In this document: piece by piece, positions 1-6,290 of the stretch | How the letters are laid out: every line of letters begins with the position of its first letter | Numbering within the stretch: the first letter of the stretch is position 1 | Assembly: GCA_965371515.1 (NCBI GenBank) | Contig: CBDUYR010000073.1 | Coordinates: 1 to 10,764, forward strand | Source of the DNA: an uncultured bacterium | GTDB lineage: Bacteria > Krumholzibacteriota > Krumholzibacteriia > Krumholzibacteriales > Krumholzibacteriaceae | Direction of reading: 5' to 3' | DNA: 10,764 nucleotides | Translations under genes and position numbers: made by a program | The notes under the pieces: generated by a model | Told to the model about the DNA's origin: nothing | Database searches by the model: none | The model's input: only the letters and a program-made list of their open reading frames with translations

Positions 1-2
1 GG

Positions 3-44
3 GAGAAGAAGTGGGTGCTTGGTGATCCGGAACTCGTGAAATGA
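3..44 (+). CDS. Probable 3' end of an upstream CDS entering the window (...EKKWVLGDPELVK*), product unknown
   Basis: Frame 3 is open from the window edge to TGA 42-44, which overlaps ATG 41-43 in an ATGA coupling arrangement. Only 13 codons are visible. Confidence 0.35.
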   Translation, partial: EKKWVLGDPELVK

Positions 45-115
45 AATCAATCAAATATATAATTACATGCTGTGCGGTTCTATCCTTGCTGATGGTTGGG
101 TGTTGTCCCTCCTGA
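41..115 (+). pseudogene. Truncated lipoprotein gene: signal peptide only (MKSIKYIITCCAVLSLLMVGCCPS*)
   Basis: Basic n-region, hydrophobic h-region and lipobox-like MVG|C (TGT 101-103), then a stop three codons later. A 1-nt shift continues as VPPENAVRYAIIELNRSH. The ATG overlaps an upstream stop. Confidence 0.5.
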
Positions 116-156
116 AAATGCTGTCCGCTATGCTATTATTGAACTTAATAGAAGCC

Positions 157-276
157 ACAACCGTCAAGATCCACCAGGGCCGGGTGATGCAGAAACTCGA
201 GATCGTCTCCGTCGCCGAGCTCGTCCGTCTCTGCGAGAAGGTCGGTATTCCCCCCGCTGAGCCTCAAAACCGGTAA
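157..276 (+). pseudogene. C-terminal remnant of a FixJ/LuxR-family response regulator (end of the HTH domain)
   Basis: TTVKIHQGRVMQKLEIVSVAELVRLCEKVGI matches the FixJ-type tail TVKxHRxxVMxKLxxxSxAELVRL. Upstream of ~157 the sequence is AT-rich, lacks the NKQIAxxLxIS helix and has no receiver domain. It sits directly upstream of a stand-alone REC gene. Confidence 0.8.
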
Positions 277-320
277 TTCCGGTCCCATCTCTGTAACTGC
301 CTGAATAACTACAAGTTGCT

Positions 321-340
321 TATACCACCAAAGTGGAATA
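321..340. promoter_or_regulatory. Imperfect palindrome TATACCAC-caaa-GTGGAATA, candidate response-regulator binding site
   Basis: 7/8-bp inverted repeat with a 4-bp spacer, 33 nt upstream of the REC gene start. Confidence 0.35.
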
Positions 341-373
341 GACGGATTTCTGTCTCGGAACTACTCTTGGAGC

Positions 374-754
374 ATGCAGCTCACAGACACTGTATTCGTA
401 GTCGACGACGATCCTTCGGCAAGGAACGGATTCGCCCGCCTGCTGCGCACCGCGGGCTACAACGTATGGAGCTTCTCATCAGCGAATGAGTTCCTCGACG
501 CTCTCGAACCCGGTACGCATGGATGCATAGTCCTGGACGCCAAGATGCCCGGGATGTCGATGGCAGACCTGCACTCCGAGCTGCAGGGGCGTGGAGCACA
601 GTTACATGTGATCGTGGTAACAGCCGACGACGATGCGGAGACGAGAGATCAGGCAAGGAATATGAACGCCAAAGCATTCTTCCGAAAGCCGGTTGATGCG
701 ACGGCTCTTCTGGACGCGATCGAATGGGCATTGCGCCAGGAGAAAGATCATTAG
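374..754 (+). CDS. Stand-alone receiver (REC/CheY-like) response regulator, FixJ-like
   Basis: VFVVDDD acidic pocket, IVLDAKMPGM with the phosphoacceptor Asp, VVTA, FRKP. No output domain. GGAG lies immediately before the ATG. Confidence 0.92.
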   Translation: MQLTDTVFVVDDDPSARNGFARLLRTAGYNVWSFSSANEFLDALEPGTHGCIVLDAKMPGMSMADLHSELQGRGAQLHVIVVTADDDAETRDQARNMNAKAFFRKPVDATALLDAIEWALRQEKDH

Positions 755-768
755 GACAGGAGGTTCAA

Positions 769-1635
769 ATGAGATCCAGCAAGATTTCGATGGTCCATAA
801 TTCCCTGATCGTCCTGCTTATCCTCATGCTTGCCGTTCCGGCAGCGGTCGGGGCGCAGGCGAAGAAGAAGGACAAGACAGGCACCAACCCGATGAACTTC
901 ACTTACGACTACCGATTGTACGTCGAGATGGCGGGGCTCGACGACCCCAGCGGCTCGCTGGTCACCAATACGGCCGAGTTCAGGTTTCCTTTCGGCCGTG
1001 ACGTTGCGGTTCTGAAGGGAATCGAGCCCGGAAACTGGATGTACGACATGGGCAAGACGTTCGCGGGTAGAGTCAAGATGCGCTACAAGAGCCTCAGCCT
1101 CGATAATTCTCTGTCGGATCCGTTCGGCACTTCGGAACTCTCGGGAATCGGCGATATCGATGCCCGGATCCTGTGGATTCCATACATGAGCAAGTCTTTC
1201 GGTTTCGCCCCCGGGTTCGAGGCTTTCTTCAACACGTCAACGAACGACGCTCTCGGTTACGGAACGACCGTTATGGCGCCGGTGGCTTTCTTTGGCTTTC
1301 CCGGCCTGCTGGGGAAGGGCAGCATCTTCGCGCCGGGCTACCAGTACCTGTTCGACGTAGGCGGCGGACAGAACAGTCCCGACGTCAGCCGCAGCCAGAT
1401 CGATCTTTATTTCGTCTGGGTGTTTGCCAAGAACAGGAACTGGCTGACAGTCAACCCGCAGGCAGTCATCGATCACAAGAACAATATTGCGCCGATGCTC
1501 ATTGATGTCGAGTGGGGTTTCATGATAGCGCAATCCGCTGGCGCGAGTGGATGGATAAGGCCGGGAGCCGGCCTCGGCCCGGACAGGCCGTACAATTGGA
1601 ATATCGAGGCAGGGCTGAAATTTGTCTGGCGTTAA
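769..1635 (+). CDS. Secreted protein, probable small outer-membrane beta-barrel of the type found beside sulfatases (288 aa)
   Basis: AGGAGG 758-763 favours ATG 769 over 724. Signal peptide ending around VGA|Q. Motifs SGIGDIDARILW and NTSTNDALGYG resemble the GxGD...TA..D.LG.G motifs of MetA-like barrels. Alternating aromatic strands; C-terminus EAGLKFVWR. Confidence 0.7.
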   Translation: MRSSKISMVHNSLIVLLILMLAVPAAVGAQAKKKDKTGTNPMNFTYDYRLYVEMAGLDDPSGSLVTNTAEFRFPFGRDVAVLKGIEPGNWMYDMGKTFAGRVKMRYKSLSLDNSLSDPFGTSELSGIGDIDARILWIPYMSKSFGFAPGFEAFFNTSTNDALGYGTTVMAPVAFFGFPGLLGKGSIFAPGYQYLFDVGGGQNSPDVSRSQIDLYFVWVFAKNRNWLTVNPQAVIDHKNNIAPMLIDVEWGFMIAQSAGASGWIRPGAGLGPDRPYNWNIEAGLKFVWR

Positions 1636-1665
1636 AGAGAGCAACCGGCAAAGGAGGTCGGAATC

Positions 1666-3120
1666 ATGAATATCCGTTCGACGATAAAGTGCATGATCGC
1701 GCTGGCGTTCCTGCTCTTCTTCCGCATCCCGGTCGCTCAGGCGCAGGACAAGCCGAACATCGTCCTCGTCTTCATGGACAACTTCGGCTGGGGCGAGCCG
1801 GGCTTCAACGGTGGGGGGATAATCCGTGGAGCACCGACGCCCCGTCTTGACAAGCTCGCCTCGGAGGGCTTGCGCCTGACGAATTTCAACGTTGAGTCGC
1901 AGTGCACGCCTTCCCGCGCTGCGATCATGACCGGCCGTTACGCCAAACGCACCGGCAACGGCACGATCCCTCTCGGCGGCGGCGTCTATGGTCTCACGCA
2001 GTGGGAAGTCACAATGGCCGAAATGCTCTCCGACGCCGGTTACGCGACCGGCATGTTCGGCAAGTGGCATCTCGGGCACACCGAGGGCCGGTTCCCGACG
2101 GACCAGGGCTTCGACGAGTGGTACGGCATCCCGAACTCGAGCGACGAGACGCCCTGGGAAGTGCTCGACGGCTACGCGGAAAGCGGCGTCGAGGGGACTT
2201 TCATCTTCGAGGGCAAGAAGGGCTCCAAGCCAAAAAAAGTGATGGAATATGGCCTCGAGCAGCGCGCACTGATCGACCTCGAGCTGACTAAGCGGTCGAT
2301 CGACTTCATGAAGCGGCAGGTGAAGGCGAAGCGCCCCTTCTTCCTCTTCGTGCCGTATACGCAGACGCACTATCCGGCGCTCCCACATCCGGACTTCGTC
2401 GGAAAGACGGGGAACGGCCGCTGGGCGGACGTGCTGGCGCAAGTCGACGCGTACAACGGCATGTTGCTCGACGCAATCGACGAGTTCGGAATCAGCGACA
2501 ACACGATCTTCATCTTCACCGCGGACAATGGACCCGAGGCGTTCCCCGAGGGCACCAATACTGCCGCAGTCGACTACCCGACCCCGGGAACGGCCGGTCC
2601 CTGGCGCGGCACGCTGTTCACCGGCTTCGAGGGGAGCCTGCGCGTACCCTTCGCCGCGCGCTGGCCCGGCAAGATTCCCTCCGGAAGCGTCAGCGACGAG
2701 ATCGTGCATGAGATGGACCTGTTTCCGACCTTCGCGCGCATCGCCGGGGGCAAGGTGCCGGAGGACCGGAACATCGACGGCGTGGACCAGACCGATTTCT
2801 TCCTGGGAAAACAGAAGAAGTCCAATCGCGAGGGGCTGATCGTCTACATGGGGAACGACATCTGGGGCGTGAAGTGGCGCAACTGGAAGGTCAACTTCAA
2901 GGAGCAGCAGACTGTCTTCAGCGGCACGGTCGATTACGGGTTGCCGCGTGTCTACAACCTCTACAAGGACCCGGGAGAAACGCAGAACGTGCTCTTCCCG
3001 GAGACCTGGGTGCCGAAGGCGGCGCTGGGGCAGCTGGGGGCGCACGTGATGTCTATGAGAAAAGAGCCACCGATCAAGCCGGGGACCAAGGACCCGTATG
3101 AGCCGCCGAAGACAAAGTGA
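1666..3120 (+). CDS. Arylsulfatase-like S1 sulfatase, Cys-type, secreted (484 aa)
   Basis: RBS AAGGAGG 1651-1657; signal peptide (AQA|QD); KPNIVLVFMDNFG; CTPSRAAIMTGR (C80, CxPxR formylglycine motif); GKWHLG; FTADNG; EGSLRVP; DLFPT. Confidence 0.96.
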   Translation: MNIRSTIKCMIALAFLLFFRIPVAQAQDKPNIVLVFMDNFGWGEPGFNGGGIIRGAPTPRLDKLASEGLRLTNFNVESQCTPSRAAIMTGRYAKRTGNGTIPLGGGVYGLTQWEVTMAEMLSDAGYATGMFGKWHLGHTEGRFPTDQGFDEWYGIPNSSDETPWEVLDGYAESGVEGTFIFEGKKGSKPKKVMEYGLEQRALIDLELTKRSIDFMKRQVKAKRPFFLFVPYTQTHYPALPHPDFVGKTGNGRWADVLAQVDAYNGMLLDAIDEFGISDNTIFIFTADNGPEAFPEGTNTAAVDYPTPGTAGPWRGTLFTGFEGSLRVPFAARWPGKIPSGSVSDEIVHEMDLFPTFARIAGGKVPEDRNIDGVDQTDFFLGKQKKSNREGLIVYMGNDIWGVKWRNWKVNFKEQQTVFSGTVDYGLPRVYNLYKDPGETQNVLFPETWVPKAALGQLGAHVMSMRKEPPIKPGTKDPYEPPKTK

Positions 3121-3224
3121 GCCCTAAGCGAGCGGCCTGGACCGATCCGATATCGATTCAGCCGTGACCGGGGAAATGGACAGTTAATCATGACTGTTGG
3201 GGCCACAGGATCTCGCCTAGATGA

Positions 3225-3266
3225 GCCAGTGCCCGCAAGCCGGAGGAACCGACTGCGGGCACTGGC
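3225..3266. terminator. GC-rich hairpin with a 13-bp perfect stem downstream of sulfatase 1; terminator or mRNA-stabilising/processing stem
   Basis: GCCAGTGCCCGCA (3225-3237) / TGCGGGCACTGGC (3254-3266), with an inner CGG/CCG pairing. The following T-tract is weak (cgctcctttc). Confidence 0.5.
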
Positions 3267-3309
3267 CGCTCCTTTCGAAGTCGTACCTTTACTGCAGGAG
3301 GAGGGCAGG

Positions 3310-3573
3310 ATGAGTAGTCAAAGCAAGCGGTTTTGCAATATTCATTTTGTGGACGGGGAATCGATGAGATTCATCTATGAACCCGTGAATGAAGATGAGA
3401 CTTCGTCGATAGGGCGTGCTATACAGGATATGTTGAAGAGCAACAATCTCATATTCAGTTTAGAAGGCAAGCTGATCGTAATTCCCATGAATAATGTCCG
3501 GAGTATAGAAATATCTCCATCACCGGCGAATCTCCCGCATTCTGTTATTAAAGCGAAGTATCTGGATAAGTGA
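3310..3573 (+). CDS. Small hypothetical cytoplasmic protein (87 aa)
   Basis: AGGAGGAGG precedes ATG 3310; the ORF-track start at 3190 would run through the hairpin. Globular-looking sequence (IHFVDG...LIVIPMNNVRSIEISPSPANLP); AT-richer than its neighbours. Confidence 0.75.
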   Translation: MSSQSKRFCNIHFVDGESMRFIYEPVNEDETSSIGRAIQDMLKSNNLIFSLEGKLIVIPMNNVRSIEISPSPANLPHSVIKAKYLDK

Positions 3574-3604
3574 TATCGGAAGTGAGAATAGAGCAGGGAG
3601 GAAT

Positions 3605-4684
3605 ATGAGACTGACAACCGCAGCAGTCGCGACATTGATCGCGCTTGCGTTTCTTGTGGTCGCCGCGGGACCCGTGAGTGCCCAGGTGGTCTCCCCGCTG
3701 CAGCAGGGGCACTACGCGCCGGGAATAATGAATGTGAGGGACTTTGCGGCTCCGCCGCCGGGCCTGTTCGTGTTGTGGTACAACTGGTTTGTCTGGAGCG
3801 ACACATATGTCGACAGGAACGGCAACGAGCTGAGCTCCCTCAACCTCAGCCAGATCGATCCGGGATATCCGGATGTCGATATCGATCTTGATGTAAACGG
3901 ATGGGCTTCAGTTCCGGTTGTCGCCTGGGCCTCGTACTTCAAGATTTTCGGAGGTACCTACATCGCCGCGATTGCCCCCAATTTCCTGATCGCAGATTAC
4001 AAGACGGTGCTGATACCGGATGTACAGGATCCTCAACCGAATGTCGCAGAGGGGGATTTCGGGGGCTTCAGCGATCTCCTTATCCAGCCTTTCGGTCTCT
4101 CCTGGGCATTCGGAAAGTTCAAGAATCCGACCGTGAGCGACGCGGAGCTCGCAGAGATGGGGCTCCAGCCTCTGAGGCGATTCAACATCACCACGGCATA
4201 CGCGTTTATCGCTCCCACGGGCAGATACGAGACGGGGGCCGACGACAACCTCGGACTCGGATTCTGGACACATCAGTTCCAGGGTTTCGGCTACTATTAC
4301 CCGTTCGAGCATCAGGCGACAGCCTTCATGGCAAGCCTTACGTACGAGATAAACGGCAAGTTAAAGGGCGAGGGTCTGTGGCCCGGGAACCGCCTGAGTT
4401 TCGAATGGGGCGTCAGCCAGTACTTCACCGAGAGGCTCGAGGTGATGGTGCAGGGCGCTCACAACTGGCAGGTCACAGACGACTACGGGGACGACGTTTA
4501 CTGGGACAAGAGCGTGCACGACAAGAAGAGCACCGTCCTGTTCGGCGCCGGATACTGGCCCTGGAAACAACGGCTCCAGGTGTCGGCCAAGTACGGATTC
4601 GATTTCGCGATGCGGCAGCGCTTCAAGAACGATAATCTCATGATCAATTTCATATATCTCACGGATGTACTGACGGGCCGATGA
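3605..4684 (+). CDS. SphA / MetA-pathway-of-phenol-degradation-like outer-membrane beta-barrel channel
   Basis: RBS GGGAGG; signal peptide (VSA|Q); family-typical motifs GHYAPG...DFAAPPPGLFVLWYN, GFSDLLIQPFGLSW and APTGRYETGADDNLGLGFWTHQ; amphipathic strands. Confidence 0.85.
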   Translation: MRLTTAAVATLIALAFLVVAAGPVSAQVVSPLQQGHYAPGIMNVRDFAAPPPGLFVLWYNWFVWSDTYVDRNGNELSSLNLSQIDPGYPDVDIDLDVNGWASVPVVAWASYFKIFGGTYIAAIAPNFLIADYKTVLIPDVQDPQPNVAEGDFGGFSDLLIQPFGLSWAFGKFKNPTVSDAELAEMGLQPLRRFNITTAYAFIAPTGRYETGADDNLGLGFWTHQFQGFGYYYPFEHQATAFMASLTYEINGKLKGEGLWPGNRLSFEWGVSQYFTERLEVMVQGAHNWQVTDDYGDDVYWDKSVHDKKSTVLFGAGYWPWKQRLQVSAKYGFDFAMRQRFKNDNLMINFIYLTDVLTGR

Positions 4685-4704
4685 ACAGTAAGTCGACAAA
4701 GCCT

Positions 4705-4733
4705 TTGAATGGGCCGGGTGTAGATGCTAATAT
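4705..4733 (+). promoter_or_regulatory. Candidate sigma70 promoter for the M48-Omp85 pair
   Basis: TTGAAT (4705-4710), 17-nt spacer, TAATAT (4728-4733), with TG at 4725-4726 (extended -10). Confidence 0.4.
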
Positions 4734-4792
4734 CATCGGGTAATCCGGCTCAGATCCTGAGTGCCGTCTTTGACAGGAGGAACGTCTTAACC

Positions 4793-6232
4793 ATGAAGAA
4801 GAAATCTATCAGATACGGGCTCGTGATCGTGCTGGCTGCCACTTTGCTTATGACCGCCTGCTCGAAGAGCTATGTCACCGGCAAATCAGAGTTCATGATG
4901 GTGAGCGAGGAGCAGGAGATCGAGATGGGCCGCGAGTACGATCCGGAAGTCATAGCTCAGTACGGCCTGTACGAAGATGAAGCGCTGGCGGAATACGTGA
5001 ACGGCCGGGGGCAGGAAATAGCGAAAATCTCACACCGTTCCAACCTCGATTACACCTTCCGCCTGCTGGACAGCCCCATGGTAAATGCCTTCGCTGTACC
5101 GGGCGGTTACGTCTACATCACCAGGGGGATCCTGACCTACATGAACTCGGAGGACGAGTTCGTCGGCGTCCTCGGTCACGAGGTCGCTCATGTCGTGGCG
5201 CGCCACAGCGCGAAGCAGATGTCCCGGTCGGTAGTGACCTCGGGATTCGGTCTTTTCAACGTGGTGGGGAGCGTGCTGCCTGCCGTGGGAGCGATGCTGC
5301 AGGTACCCGGAACGCTCGCGCTGCTGTCCTACAGTCGTGAACAGGAGTCTGAATCGGACAGGCTCGGCGTCGAATACGCGACCCGTCTCGGATACGACGC
5401 GGCACTCATGGCGGGATTTTTCGAGACTCTCCAGAGGATGTCCGAGAAACAGGAGCACCGTCCGCCGAAGTTTCTATCGACTCATCCCGATCCGGGCGAC
5501 CGCGAGACAGAGATCAAGCGGATGGCGGGCGAGTGGCAGCAGAAGATCGACTACAAGCCACTCGACAAGGACCCCGATGACTTTCTCAGGATGCTCGACG
5601 GGATCGTGTACGGCGAGAATCCGCGGGCGGGCTTTGTAATGAACGACATGTTTTACCACCCCGCACTGGCTTTCCAGCTGCCGGTTCCGAAGGACTGGAC
5701 CGTTCTTAATACACCGGAGCGGCTGGCCTTCCTGAACGGGGGCAAGACAGCAGGCATTCTGCTCCATATAGGGAAGGAAAAGGAGCCTGGTATCGAGGCG
5801 GATCTATTTGTGAAGGAAGCGAAAGCCGTTGTGATAAAACGGGAGACCTCCAGCGTGAACGGCCTGGGAGCCGAGGTCGTGGAATCGACCGTAGGCGGAG
5901 GTTCCGACCAGCTCCATCTGCTTTCGTATTTTATAAAGAAAGGCGAATACGTATACATCATCCACAGCTTTACGACCGAGAAGATGTATCCGAATTTCGT
6001 GCGCGTGTTCAGCGAGACCTCCAGGGGATTCGCAAACGTGAGCGATCCTGACGTGCTGAACGTGCAGCCGCGCAGGGTGAGAGTGAGGAAAGCACCGAGT
6101 GCCGGGACGTTGAAGGAAGCGCTTCTCTCTATCGGCGTCAGTGAGGACGGTCTCGAAGAGGCGTCCCTGATGAACGGCAGGACTCTATCCGCAAGGATAG
6201 AAAAGGGCTCGCTGCTGAAAATAGTAGAATGA
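4793..6232 (+). CDS. M48-family zinc metalloprotease lipoprotein (BepA/LoiP-related catalytic domain) with a C-terminal LysM-like segment (479 aa)
   Basis: AGGAGG 4775-4780; MKKK n-region and lipobox MTA|C (C23); VNAFAVPGGYVYITRG; HEVAH (5177-5191); YSREQESESD; FLSTHP. The tail TL...IGVS...LMNG...IEKGSLLKIV resembles LysM. Confidence 0.93.
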   Translation: MKKKSIRYGLVIVLAATLLMTACSKSYVTGKSEFMMVSEEQEIEMGREYDPEVIAQYGLYEDEALAEYVNGRGQEIAKISHRSNLDYTFRLLDSPMVNAFAVPGGYVYITRGILTYMNSEDEFVGVLGHEVAHVVARHSAKQMSRSVVTSGFGLFNVVGSVLPAVGAMLQVPGTLALLSYSREQESESDRLGVEYATRLGYDAALMAGFFETLQRMSEKQEHRPPKFLSTHPDPGDRETEIKRMAGEWQQKIDYKPLDKDPDDFLRMLDGIVYGENPRAGFVMNDMFYHPALAFQLPVPKDWTVLNTPERLAFLNGGKTAGILLHIGKEKEPGIEADLFVKEAKAVVIKRETSSVNGLGAEVVESTVGGGSDQLHLLSYFIKKGEYVYIIHSFTTEKMYPNFVRVFSETSRGFANVSDPDVLNVQPRRVRVRKAPSAGTLKEALLSIGVSEDGLEEASLMNGRTLSARIEKGSLLKIVE

Positions 6233-6290
6233 ATAATCTGACGATCTCGCCGGAGCAGCCATAATGGAATATTAAAGGAGCAATGGGACA

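Noticed and set aside
154..162. GCCACAAC as an integron attC/attI core
   Set aside because: It does not fit RYYYAAC, there is no paired GTTRRRY hairpin, no integrase is present and no attC-like sites lie between the other genes.
67..276. 69-aa ORF as an intact gene
   Set aside because: No RBS; the N-terminal half is out-of-frame lipoprotein sequence and only the last ~40 codons are LuxR-like.
724..768. Upstream start for the OMP gene (likewise 3190 and 4724 for their ORFs)
   Set aside because: Downstream ATGs at 769, 3310 and 4793 have clear RBSs and, for 769 and 4793, place the signal peptide at the N-terminus.
1237..3045. 602-aa minus-strand ORF
   Set aside because: Antisense shadow of the GC3-rich sulfatase and OMP genes, with no recognisable motifs.
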